Positions 35,018-48,100 of a stretch of 64,000 bases of DNA are shown here, piece by piece. Location: positions 2,759,668-2,823,667 of the forward strand of contig NW_003314270.1 of assembly GCF_000143415.4 (NCBI RefSeq), read 5' to 3'. The notes under the pieces were generated by a model. That model saw only the letters and a list, made by a program, of their open reading frames with translations. It was not told the origin of the DNA and did not search any database. The translations under genes were made by a program, and so were the position numbers. This stretch comes from Selaginella moellendorffii. Taxonomy: Eukaryota > Plantae > Lycopodiophyta. How positions within the stretch are numbered: the stretch's first letter is position 1; every line of letters starts with the position of its first letter.

Positions 35018-38000
35018 GTGATATTGACAATCAGTTCGGACTGGTTGGAGGACATTCGGGCTTCATATGGAAGTGATTCATTGGCGAAGGCAATCTTATG
35101 CCGTGCGGGGTTGTTAAAGCAGAGCCTTGGTAGCAAAGTAGCAAAAGTTGCTAGTTGTACTAATGCAAAGCTTCACTTCTTAGTTCGGGATGGGCTTATA
35201 TTCTATAAGCAAAAAAGATTGTATCTTCCCTCTAAGGATCTTCAGCAGTTATTTTTGTGGGAACATCATGATGTTCTAGCAACAGGACATGGTGGACAGC
35301 GAAAGACTCTAGCTTCGTTGAAAAAGGGATTTTTCTAGTCTGGTTGGAAGGTGATGTAGCGAATTATGTCCGTTCCTGCCCTATATGCCAGCAATGTAAG
35401 CACAGAACTGAGAAGTAAGCTGGAAAGTTGCGATGCATTCCAGCACCGGCATGGCCATTTCAAAGTGTGACACTTGATTTTGTCACTTGCTTGCCGAAGT
35501 CTAAGGGTTATGATACTTTGATGGTGGTTGTGGATCGGTTGTCGAAGATTGCACACTTCATTCCAACTGTGGGAACAGTAAATGTGAAACAAGCAGCAAA
35601 GCTCTTTTTCCATGAAGTAGTGCGGGTTTGTGGTCTTCCTGAAGAGATAATCTCGGATAGAGATTCGAGGTTTACAGGGAAGTTTTGGGGCACACTATTC
35701 CAGTTGTTTGGTACCATGTTAAAATTTAGTATGGTTTATCATCCTCAAACAGATGGGCAGACTGAACGCATGAATGCTCAAGTTGAGGATTATCTACAGT
35801 ACTATGTTGCGGCGGACCAACGCGACTGGGTTGAGCATTTAGATACAACAGAAATTTGTTATAACAACACATTTCACAACGCTATAGGCTGTTCTCCATG
35901 GGAAATGCTGCAAAGGAATGCTCATGGGGTCCCTCAACAGATTGTTGTACCGAAACCAATGACCAAAATGTTGGTCCTAGCCGTTGAGACTTATGCGGAG
36001 CAGCTACGCCAAGGTTGGTCTAGAGCTACTGAGGCAATGGGCAAAGCTCAGGATAGGTGTCGACATGATAAGGACCAGCATCGTCGGGATGTATCTTATC
36101 AAGTGGGAGATCAGGTGTGGTTATCTTCCCGGAACTTGCACATTAAGGGTTCTTTATCTCAGAAGCTCTTGCCGAGATATGTTGGACCCTATCGGGTGTT
36201 AAAACGAATTGGTGATGTATCCTATCGATTGGATCTTCTTGTGGAGATGTCCAATATTCATAATGTATTTCATGCCAATCTATTGGCTCCTTACACTATG
36301 GATATTGAGCGCCACGGGGAAATTCCTCCACTGCCAACAGTTGTGGATGGTGAACCTGAATACAAAGTTGAACGAATTCTGGCATGTCATCGGAAACGTG
36401 GTGGTCGTGTAAAGGAATATCTAGTTAAGTGGAAAGGTTACCCGACTTGTGAATCAACTTGGGAACCTCTTTGTAATCTTACCCATACTCGTGAGCTTAT
36501 CACGGAGTATAAGAGTAATAAAGACTAGCTTTTGTAAAAATCTTGTAATAAATCTTGCAAATCAATAAAGAATATATTTCTATAAACCAAAGTGTCGTTT
36601 CTCTCGTTCGATAGTACTTGGGTCAATTTTGGCAGGCTAACTTCGGCACTTTGGTGCATGGGTTCAATCCATAACCATGGGGATAACTATTATAGACTGA
36701 TCACAAGTCCCCGCCTCTCTCTCGATAACTCATTTTCGAAAAAGGGCGTGGTCGTGTAAACAACTTAATCTGCCAATTTATAATAGTTGTTTAAATCTTC
36801 CCGATTTCTTGCTTAGGGGAAGTTGGGCCTCTGGCCTTCTCCCTATGTCCTTGCGGGCAGGGATGTATCATTCCTTTGTAAGCCGAGTGGTATTCGGAGT
36901 AGCAAGGGTGGCTAACTCTGTTAGTCATTTCCTTGTCGGTGACAGCCGGAGGGTGTCTGAGTCTTAACGTTTTTGAACGTAGAGGAGAGGTCGTTCCATA
37001 ACTCATTTAAGTCAATGTGTTTCCCACATAGTGTGCTTTCCGTTAACTTTCGGAGTTGTTTCCTTGACGGTTTGCTAGACTTGGGTATGCATTGACGAGG
37101 ACGTCGATCTTCCCCAAGGGGGGAAGAGTGTCGCAAATGTGACTTCGGGTATCGAAAGATACTTGTTGACTAGTCCTTACGGGCACTCTTTCTTTACTGC
37201 CACGATGGTAGGAGGTCGGTACTGCTGGTCCCTTTTATGGTCTCCACCCAAGCTAGTTGAGAAACTGGTCATCGTGTGTGCACTTGACCAAATGAGCATA
37301 AGGACGGAATTCCTACATGCTATTTGTCAAGCATACTTGACCTGGTTAGAGAAACTCATTCGTTGACTTGCACTTGCTAGTGTTGGGAACCCCCGCGATA
37401 TTGAGACTAGTCCCTCAATATTCGCTAGATGATAGCTTACCATGTCTGCCAAACACCCTCGCTATCATGTCCTTTGTGTTAGTCTCATTTTGGTTCCAAG
37501 TGCTATTTATGGAAAGTGTCTAGATTAGCTCATTTGGCATATCTACGGAATGTAGAGATCGGCCTGAACACAATAGTGTTTGTCCTGTGCCCAAATTTGC
37601 AATCTAGTGCCATTCCATATTTAGTAAGTTTTGGACTTGTCCCAGAGACTAACTTCTAGTACTAAGGGAGGCTTGGGGTGAAAGCCCAAAGCGTGTGTCC
37701 CACAGGGGGAGGGGGGGGGGGGGTTCCAAATGTATAGTAGGGATAGTGGTTGGAATGCATGTTCGACCACTTGAGACATTAGTTTGGCTCCCATTGGGCT
37801 GTGTCGCTCCTTGTTCTGCGTCCGGCTTGGGTCTAAGCCCAAGCTCCATGCTGCTCTAGTCAATGGAGTACCCTCCTCCTCGCGTTAGGCCACCGGTATG
37901 CCAAAATTGTGCCAGACTCCGTCTAACACCATTTTGCGTGCAGGTGCTGGATACAGGGAGCTAGTGCTCGTGGGATTGTACCGGACCCTCATTTCGTACC

Positions 38001-38042
38001 GCAACGGGCTTGGAGTTCGACTCCAAATTCATGTGCGTTACA
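35018..38042 (+). mobile_element. Chromovirus (Ty3/gypsy) 3' half: disrupted integrase-chromodomain ORF, PPT and 914-bp 3' LTR (37129-38042)
   Basis: HHD...GHGG zinc finger, DFVT, VVVDRLSK, IISDRDSRFT, YHPQTDGQTER, GPY motif, chromodomain EYKVERIL...YLVKWKGY...STWEP. PPT aaggggggaagag, then TGTCGC...TTACA. Confidence 0.92.
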
Positions 38043-39790
38043 AAAGATGTCTGATGTTTAGCATGCTATTGGATCATGAGAATTTGTGTTAAGGTGAACC
38101 TATGTGAAGTTGTTAATAGAAGGAAGTTGGTTGAGTCTTGAAAGTTTTCATTCCTACACTAAGAGTCATTTTTTTTAGGATGGAAAATTTTCTACAAATT
38201 TTCTTAAACTTTTCCAATAGCCAATCTGGATCTGGATCTAGATCGGCAATTGGAAAAGTCTAAAAATATTTGTGGAAAATTTTCCATCCTAAAAAAGGAA
38301 TAACTCTTCACCTTAACACAAATTCTTGTGATCTAATAGCATATTAAGCATTGAACATCTTTGCCTATTTTTTTTTAGATCCAACATCGACATCCACAAA
38401 ATGCAAAATAAACATCCAAGGCTTGATCACGAAGAGCATGGAGAATTTGTGATTCAGATCCAGATTCAGAACCAAATTAGTCGAGTATGTGTTCAAATTC
38501 AAACGCATACTCAAATTCATGCATACTCGGATTCAGATCTAGATGAAAACTTTATTTTTGGACTCAACTTGACTAAATATTAAACTTGCTGTTTTTAATC
38601 TAATTTAAAAAACATTTATGAAAGAATACAATAATGACCATTTGAACCTCGATCCATTTATAATCATACATAGTAAGGATCCACTATTGTCGTATTAAAC
38701 AGTTATGAACCAATTTATTTACCACCCATAGCAAGCCTATAGGAAATTTATTTTTACCTATGATACTATAGTAATAACTCATCCAATAATCTTGTCAACT
38801 TATTAAATTGCTAATGTGTCTAGTACATCTCAATATGTACAAGCAAAACTTTATACAATATGGTAGATGACTTCTTGAGCAATCCAAATTCAAAAGTTTA
38901 CATTTGAGGATCATATGCTTAAATTGATATTGTGCATATCATAAGACTTAATCAAGAGAGAATACCTAATTTGAAGCAAGTAATATTGAGTGAATTTTGT
39001 AGTATTTAAACTCAAAAATGCTTAGCCCTAAATATTCTAAGATTCTAAATCTCTTTATATTGAAACCTTAATGAGATTTCTGAAATTGTTCTCTTTAATT
39101 ATTTACAACTAAATTTTTTTATCGTTTATATATAAATAAACAAATGAGATAATATTTCAATAGACTTTATCACAAAATATTTTAAGGAAATAATGCTATC
39201 TAGATTGTTATGGATTAGTTAACGAAGAGCTTCTCAATGAAGATGACAATTTAAACTTTTAAACTGATTATGGAATGATTAGGATCTGCAAATGTAAACC
39301 TATTTCACAAAGACCTTGGCAAATATATAACATTATAAGCAAATGTGTTACACAGACATGCTTGGCAGCAGTCGTGCCATTCCCATCACAATCTCTTAGC
39401 ATGAAGGCTGAATGCGTTCAGCCCTGAAATTGAACGTTCCATGCTTGAACGTCTGTGATATTTTGGGATGAAATCATTGCAATGATCTGATATTCTCTCA
39501 CAGTAGAATTAGTGCTCGATATGGATAATCAAACTGGCAACATTTTCCAAAGAACATGAGATAATCCTAAAGCTTATATAGCATACCTTTCTCGATGGAT
39601 CTTAGTTGTTCTTATCCATTGTTCATGAATGGTCCTAGTACCAAAATCCATGTTTTCCACTGCCTTGCTTGATGATAACTCTTTGTAGCTTGCGAATGGC
39701 GTGAACACACAGTTCAATTATGATTCATGGGTAGTTAACCACATAGGAAATGGATCTTCTAACCATCTCAGGCAGGTTTTAGAGCACGAT

Positions 39791-41265
39791 ATGCAGAACA
39801 GCTCGGCTTGGATCATCGGAGCGCTGCTGCTCGCCTCGCTTGCTAATGACGCTAGTGAGTTTAACTCTCTTGCTTGTTCTGGGTTTACTGTCAAGACCTT
39901 GTTTGATCTCGACAAGCACTCGGTAAATGCCCTTGGCTTGTATATGGACCTGCGGAACAAGATTGTGTTGGCGCTCGATTCTAGTGGCAATCGTATATGG
40001 AAGCTGAGACTGCCACTCTCGCACGCTGCTGACGATCCTCATACCCTTGGGGAGCGTCTGGAAGAGGCGCCACTCGCTGCACGGGGAATTCTCGACTGGA
40101 GTAAGCACTAGAGGCTTTTCTTATAAAGCGTAAGAGTTTTTTTTTCCTCTAGACAGCAGCTTGGAAGCTTTTGCCGGTTCATTCGTGGGGGAGTCCGGCT
40201 ATGTCGACGGCCCCGCGGTAAAGTCACTTTTTAATCGCCCACAAACCTTGCTATTTGCGACAATGGCGCGGTCTTTGTGGCGGATACGAGGAACTTGGCT
40301 ATACGCAAAATCAGCAAGGATGGCGAAGGTAGTTTCGTTTTCTCTTTTAAAAATCTCTAGAACATTTTTTCTAGTTCCAACAGTGACCACCATTGCCGGA
40401 GGTAGCTCTCGAAAGCCAGGGTTTGCCGACGGCCCCGGAGACACAGCTCGTTTCTCAAGCGAGTTTAGCTTGGCGTGTTCTTGTGGCTCCTTACTCATAG
40501 CCGATCGCGGGAACCGGCTGATTCGCGAGATACAAATCGATGATCCAAAGTCGCGTGATTCAAGCGATTCAGCCGTTTCAGGTGACTTCTCATCCTTTAC
40601 CAGGATTTTTTTCTTTCGATTGGATTTAAAACTCCTGCTTTTTGTTGATTTCATGATCAGGACCACAAAAATGGGCTTTAATTCCCGTAGTGCTGCTTGG
40701 CATCTGTCTGGAGATGCCTCTGGGAGCTTTTATAATCTGGAAGATACTTGATCAGCGGTGCCGGCAAGTAAGTTTCACGAGCAAAGCTGGTGACTCTTAT
40801 GAAAATATTTCTAGGCAGGCGATCAGCTGGGAAACACTGAAAGATTGCTGGCGGGCGTTCCGGAGGACGATGATCTGCAAGTTCGGCAGCAGAAGCGAAC
40901 TTGCTAGCGCCGTCTTTAGTCTTTTCCTGCTTGTATGTCATCAGGCACAGCTCCTCGCGTCTGTCTTCTTTGGTGTTGCACACGAAGTAAAAACGAAGCC
41001 AACTGCGCCTGTCAAACAAGATCAAGACCTCCACTCTCTCCTTGGAAACACGAAAGATGAGCCTCGAGACCTCATTGATTTCATGGAACTCTCCCAACTT
41101 GGAATCTTCTGTTGCTCCTTCTCGCCCTCTTCCTTTTCCGGATTCGAGGAATTTGACTATGGAGCTCGAGTGTTTGGAGAAGTTCCAGCAGGAATTCAAG
41201 GACAAGCTCAAGCACAGCTAAGAATGTGCTCACACAAGCTTTGTTTTTCCACTCTTCTTGAATAG
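39791..41265 (+). pseudogene. NHL-repeat gene copy 2, frameshifted
   Basis: 1-bp deletion near 40246 (cacaaaccttg vs cacaaagccttg) and a 10-bp indel near 41088 relative to copy 1. Confidence 0.8.
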
Positions 41266-41285
41266 TCCATTGTTTTACAAGTAGG

Positions 41286-41415
41286 TTGACGCTCATGTTC
41301 TGGCGGAAGGCGTTCCTCCGGCGAGGAGATGGACGAGCTCGAGTTCCAACGATCTGGTGACCGATTACCAGCAGTACCGGGACGCTTCCATGACGACGAT
41401 GACTTTGGGGAGGAT
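41286..41415 (+). pseudogene. Beta-tubulin C-terminal fragment (copy 2)
   Basis: Near-identical to 30561-30690. Confidence 0.8.
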
Positions 41416-41539
41416 CCAACTCGCCGCGCAATCCACAGCGTGAAAACCATTCTCTTTTTTCACAAAGGCAAAAGTATTACTATTTTTTTCCAAGTCAAGG
41501 GTTAGGTTATATTTTCTCGCTTGGATTTTTCTATTCGAG

Positions 41540-42373
41540 ATGTCGGAACGCGCGGTTTCGTCAGGTATGGATGCTTCTCTCCATCAAGAAGCTATGGTCT
41601 CTCGTGATCATGAGCCTCCAACGCTTGGCCGCCGAGCTCCAGCGCCCTGGCATGGCGGCCATCACCGAGCTTCACACCCGCGAGCTCCAGCTCCAGCTCC
41701 AGCGCATCGAGCAGCGCATGGACACCACCGTCCTCGAGCATCTCATGGAGGCCACGAGCCAGCGCCAGCTTTAGCTCCAGTTCTTCAAGGTGGCGCTCCA
41801 GTTCCAGCTCCGGCTCCAGCGCCAGCTGCTTTCGTTCATGCTCGAGGCCACCACCCTGGTGATCGAGCTCCAGCGCCTCGCCACCACGATCCAGCTCCAG
41901 CAGCAGCGGTGTACCATCATCATCACGGTGATGGAGCTCCTCTGGTTGTTCACCACCATCACCATGGTCACCATCATGGAGGCCACCACCATCACCATGG
42001 TCACCATCATGGAGGCCGCCACCACCACCACCACCACCACCATCGTCGCGACGGTCACAACGCAGCGATGGCCACACCGACACCCGCGGCAGTGGTTACA
42101 GTGGCTCGGAGGACGCCCTGGTCGCTGCTCCCGCTTCTTCTCTGGGTTTTGGTTGCGATCTTGGTGCTGCTTGCGTGCTGTTTGCTAGTGCGATGGATGT
42201 TATCTCGAAGGAAACAGCGCAGGAATGCGATCTTTCAGGACCCTCAGTGGCGGATCGAAGTGACGAATCCTCTGGCAGTTGTGGTGGACGATTCTCTGAC
42301 TGAGAAGAAAGAGTGGAGGATTAAAGTGCTAAACGCACAGGAGGAAGACGATTCTCTGACTATGAGATTGTGA
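41540..42373 (+). CDS. His/Ala-Pro-rich single-pass membrane protein (copy 2)
   Basis: 277-aa ORF differing from copy 1 by substitutions and in-frame indels only. Confidence 0.65.
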   Translation: MSERAVSSGMDASLHQEAMVSRDHEPPTLGRRAPAPWHGGHHRASHPRAPAPAPAHRAAHGHHRPRASHGGHEPAPALAPVLQGGAPVPAPAPAPAAFVHARGHHPGDRAPAPRHHDPAPAAAVYHHHHGDGAPLVVHHHHHGHHHGGHHHHHGHHHGGRHHHHHHHHRRDGHNAAMATPTPAAVVTVARRTPWSLLPLLLWVLVAILVLLACCLLVRWMLSRRKQRRNAIFQDPQWRIEVTNPLAVVVDDSLTEKKEWRIKVLNAQEEDDSLTMRL

Positions 42374-44024
42374 ATGTACGGTGCTACCAGCATAGCGAGT
42401 GCTCGAGAGGTTTAAGCGGCGGAATTAGTGTGGTCTCTGGCTTCGCTCTAAACGGCACCAACTGACGATGCCTTGCTCTCATGAAGTACCGAGGCCGCTC
42501 AAACGGTTGATACTGCATTGGAGGGCCTGTTCCAGTGTTTGAAGTGAAGAAGACACAGAGAGCTTGGTCGATCTGCAAAGGTTATATTCGTCGCGAAAAT
42601 CTCTATGCAAGGTGTTGAAGCCTCGTCAAGTTTTTAAACGAATACCCCCGAAGCAACATTGTGGACTATCTTGATTGCCGGCTATCACAAGGAACCGGAC
42701 GAGCTGTTTCAACGGATGCTGATAAACTTTCGTGGCAGAACTGAAGGCTTGGGCAGCTCTGGCAATTGGGAAGGTAATTCACTTGACTATCTCCAGATAT
42801 AGAGACGAAGTCATTGCGTCCGTGGCCAACTCAAAGCGAGAGTATCACTGGTGCTGAGCACGTAGTACTGTGAAGGACTGCCGAGTTATGGTCACTTGCG
42901 GCTTTGTTCTGGAAGTCTTAAAACCGGACGGGATTGCTTTCACTTCATCCTCACTGAGTGTAGCGATGCTGGCTTGGTCGACACAGCAACCCAGGCAATG
43001 AGCTGATCGTAGGTAACTCCAGATCTGGAGCACTTTCACTGTATGGTGGTGAGGCTGTCGAGATGGCGAAAACGATATGCTTTATCGACTTTTATTTATT
43101 GATAAAGAAGAATGTGTGGAATGTTTGAAGGAGATTAAGTAGTTGATTTCACCGTATCTTTTATTAGCTAATAATTTTATTATTTTGGCAAAAAAATAAA
43201 AAAATTTAACGGGAGAGGCTATAACTTAAATAGTATGGAAAGGTGGTTTTAAATAATTATAAGGAATAACTTTGTTTCTCTTTGTTTCTCTTTTCTGTCA
43301 ACATTTTTGGTTCTGAAACACAAAGTTGTCTGAGTGTGTGCCAGTGGTCTAATGTGGATAGCAAGCTCAACAACTTTACAATAGACTAGGCATGTCAAAG
43401 AGAGAGTTAGCATTTGCTAGTTTTTAACCTTGAGTTAGGTTTGGAGCAACAAGAAATAGCAACTTAACTAATAAAAGATGACAAAATCAACTATAAATCC
43501 ACTTAATCTCCTTCAAACATTATTCTACCTTTTTAATAAATAAAAGTAGAAATAAAATTTAATGCATAAAATAATCAGCATAACCCAAGCTTTTCGCATC
43601 CTCTAGAAAGTTCAAAATTCAGTTTGTGTCAATACTTTCTTGGCTCCCAAAACCAATCCATTATTGAGTAATGCCAAGAAAAATCCTTACAATCATTTCT
43701 GAGAGTATACTCACAACAGCCCTTCGTTCCACCAGCTTTTGAGGACTTGCAGTGATGAGGGTCATACTTCTTTAGGAATTCATCCAGGTCTGGAACATCA
43801 TCTACCCCAATATTTTGCCCAAAATGCATAATAATTTTACTTTTTTTGACAATACTTTATATGCTAGAAGTTTAATAGGAGGAGAGAGAAAAATTAATGG
43901 AAAGGCTATTTTTAAAATAGTATGGTTAGAAGAGCATAGTGAAGATGGGATACCAAAGTGGTTATAAAAATTATAAGAAATAAAGGAGTGTTGCTTTGGC
44001 ATTTCGCTCTGTTTCAAGCCGAAC

Positions 44025-45100
44025 ATGATCACTTGGGAAGTGGAAGAATGTTATAGCCAGACAAGAAGCAAGCTGCAGCCTACGTGCATATGGGACTGTA
44101 GGCAAAATTTAAAAGAAGCTCAAACACCGACAAACATGGAATCATTCATAAGTTTGTCCTTATGGGATAAAACTCATGTACATAGGGAGTATATGTTTGT
44201 GGCAAGGAGTCTGGTGGATCTGTATGCAAGGAATGGGAGCATGGAAGATTCATGCAGGATGGGTGCGAAGTGTGGATATGAATCCAATGTATTTGTCATG
44301 AGCAGCCTCATGGACATGTGGAAGTGTCAGAAGTGTTTGGGAGGATGAAGAACCATGATGTTGGTTGTATGGAATATATGGGACATGCACCTTGAGCTCT
44401 TCTATCAGATGTAATGAGATGCTAGAAATGCTCAGAATTTGCATGAAGCAAAAAAACATTGTTTCATGGGATATATTGAGTATAAACCTCAAAATGTCCA
44501 CCTTTGCTCTCAAGCTCTACAAGCAAGCTAGCAGCCAAACACTCAGGCTTAGCAGCAAAGGTGGACATTTTGAGGGAATCTAGACAAGAATCTGCCACTC
44601 GTGTGCTTGCTCATCATATTGGGAAGTGTGGAGACATGGCTAATGATTGAGAAGTTTAAGTGTGTCACTGTCACAATGACATACTTCTGCATAAAATTAA
44701 TCCTCATCCAAAGGAAATAAATGCAAAGGGATATAATAGTGACACATCATTGTTCCCACTGTTACCTCTCTTTAAACCACTATGGCCTGGCTTTAATCCA
44801 ATGGAGTGTGCTGCCACCACCTTGCCAATGCCTCAAGATTACCTTGAATTTGATTTTGCCCACTTTGTTGATACAATTGGTATTGGAAGTGTACGAGAAA
44901 GCCACTGGAAAGAGATTGTGTTTGGCCCTCAAGTTTTGCTTTGGGAGTTCTTTTGTCTTCTTCTCCTGGAGCAATTGATTCATGCCCATGACAAAAGACT
45001 CTCCAGAATCAGATTCAATGGTGCTTCCAATTTGTTGGCACTTTTGCGCAAAGAGGGAAGAGTCCACAAGCTCCACATGAAAGGTAGCCTGAACATGAGA
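44025..45100 (+). pseudogene. Degenerate PLS-class PPR gene
   Basis: Fragments FVARSLVDLYARNGSMEDS, GYESNVFVMSSLMDM and KNIVSW, broken by stops and frameshifts. Confidence 0.7.
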
Positions 45101-48100
45101 TAATTGGTAATTTCCTTTAGATGGGGGACATTGTCATTTAAGGGGCATTACTATATTGAAGTGTGAGAGATTTGGTGCAGATAAGAATAAAGAGGCAAAC
45201 TGGCTTTTTGCTCTAGCTCTAGTTATGGAATATAGATGTTTGTAGATAGATTGGTTTCTTTTGCTATGTGTGTTCTTACAAGTTCTATATCCAAGTCAAG
45301 TTATACATTGAGTCTATTCACCTCCTTGATGTCATTTTAAACTCTTAATTTGGCTCTTGTTTTAAAATGATGTCATCAACAGTTTCTTCATCCTCATCAT
45401 GACTATCATTACTAATGTTATACTCTTCATTAGGATGAGCATCCCCCCCTCCCCCTCCCCCCATAAAGAACAATTTGAATGAAATCAACAAGCTCTAAAT
45501 CCCTAAACCATGAAATATTTTTATGGTTTTGTTTTAGATATGGTAATTTCATTAAGGATTTCTAAATGATTTAACAAAGGTTCTTTATGCTTCATTTGTG
45601 AAGAAGTTTGAAAAAGTTGAAAAAGTTGATGCAAAGGATATTGTCTTTGAATGTGTATGTTAATTCTATGATCACTACTTTAATTTCATGAATGTTTGCT
45701 AAAGATGAAATGTTTTATCAATGGTTTGAGTTTGGTGGATGTGTAGCAAAAAGTCAAAAAAGATTTTCTAGAAAAATTGATTGATGCCATCACTAAAGCA
45801 ACTCAGCCACCTATGCTCAATAGGATGGTTAATGGGGTAGACAACATGATAACCAATTACCCAATGCTTCATATTTAAAGAAGAAATTATTATTATTGCA
45901 TCAGATCTCAAAGAATGAAGATGACAATAAGGTTAAAAACCTTTGTTTGGACCAACAAGGTGGAGGGCAAATGTTTTAATTTTTACAAAGTTGGATATTA
46001 TAGAAAAAGTTGTTCTCTTGTGAAGGGTCAAAGGATGTTAAGGTGAATATAATGGAATTCATTATAAATACATCTCAAGAGTATTTTACATTCACTTTTT
46101 TATATTTTGTGATAAAATTTCAAGAACCTCAAGGTTTTATAAAGCTTAATGGTTTTATGCACAATAAACTTATGAAAACCAAAGGGGATATTTAGACAAA
46201 CCAAGTTTTTTCACCACCCTGAAGTTTAAAAGATAGCGTGACATCTAGATCAAAAAGTAGCTTATAGAATGATAAAACAACTTGGTTTCTCTATAGAGTG
46301 ACAAGATTACATTTTATCTTTCAAAGAAGACAAAATGATGATATTTCATCCCTAATAACTATACTTTTGGACTCAACTTGACTAAATATTAAACTTATTG
46401 TTTTTAATCTAATTTAAGAAAAGTTTATGAAAGAATACAATAATGACTATTTGAACCTTGATCCACTTATAATCATACATAGTAAGGATCCACTAATGTT
46501 GTACTAAACAACTATGAACCAACTTATTTGCCACTTATAGCAAGCCTATAGGAAATTTATTCTTACCTATGGTACTATAGTAATAAGTCATCCAATAAAT
46601 TAATATTAATCTTGTCAACTCATTAAATTGCTAATTTGCCTAGTACATCTTAATAAGTACAAATAAAACTTTATACAATATGGTAGATGACTTCCCGAGA
46701 AATCTAAATTCAAAAATTTACATTTGGAGATCATATGTTTGAATTGATATTTTGCATATCGTGAGTGAGTAAGGCTCTTTTTGCCTATACTTGCATTCTT
46801 GCTTCTGCCTGCAAAATAATGACAAACAAATAAAAACAAAAATGTAGAGAAGAGAAAAAAAGAAGAAGAATGAAAAAAGAATAGGAGAGAACTCAATTTC
46901 AAACCCCAAAGGTGTGAGTAAGGATAAATATATATCACTCTTTCAACTCTACTTTGCACAAATAGTCATAGGCTAGAGAAAAAATAGTTACTTCAATGCA
47001 AATGCATACAATAGTGAGTGGGGGTTATTTTTTAGCACGACTAAGTGCTGTTTATATACTACATAATTTTATGACCAATCTTAACTCCTTCACACATATT
47101 TATGATGAGCATTCTATAGATTGGGCATTTCTTCTTTGGATGCCTAAGTTTAAGTGTAAATCCAACTTCCTTTTTTTGCTATGCTTGGGAAAATATACAA
47201 GATAAAGCATTTACCTCTTCACCATTTCCCCACAACAAAACTATTGCTTGTCCTCAGGTAGTCAGATTCTCCAAATCCTACTCTAGACTATTGAACTTGA
47301 TCTTCATAGTGATGAGTTTGATGCTTTGACATAGATCGTCAAGTTCCTGATACAAGATTTAATTTTGCTAGTCAAGCATTGCAATGTGCTGGTCTTGGCA
47401 GTTGATACGCTCTGCATCGATGGATGTGGAAGTTGAGATTGCACTCTTGAGTTCTTGAATTATGTGGCACTGATGATTCTACTTGCCTATGACTCCATTC
47501 ACTTTTTTGGTGATTGTCTTGAGGTAGTTCAAGACTTACATATGGTTTTTCGTAGTTTCTTCGTCTTCTACTAGCTGCATAAGCTCATCAATTGGCTATT
47601 TGCCTCCTCCCTTGATGTGTTGAGCAAGCTCCTCCATAAAGCTTTGGACTGCTGGCTTGTTTAGTTGTTTTGTGGCCTTGTGAGCGAAGGCGTGACTAGC
47701 CTTGACTTTGTAATGCTATTGCAGTATCTACTGCTGCTATGGCTGCTTCAATTCACTAGATTGATTGGCTCAGAATATGTCACTGTCAAATGCATAAGTG
47801 GACTGGAGAAGACTAAGCCCATACTCTAATTCATCTAGACCCTCTTTTGTAGCCTCATCTTCTTCGTCTTAGTGAGTTTTTTGGTTGTGATCTTCTTGGC
47901 TTGTACTCACCTCATTAGTTGTGTCTACAACCAATGGTTTTGCGGCATTTATAGGCACGTCGTATGTCACCTTATCTGTGAACTTAGGTAGATTATCATG
48001 ATGAATCCTTACAAAGGCTTCATCCACGAGCTTATCCATAATTTTGTACCTTAAAATATTGACAATATTTATGCTTATATCTTCATGATACTTCCTTAAA

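Larger units (their letters stand above)
32530..38540. mobile_element. Foldback/MITE-like palindromic element split by nested insertions
   Basis: 32545-32670, 34535-34613 and 38046-38222 together are the reverse complement of 38245-38540. The centre is near 38235. Confidence 0.7.

Noticed and set aside
43629-43829. Cys-containing short ORF on the minus strand
   Set aside because: No credible start, signal exon or family motif.
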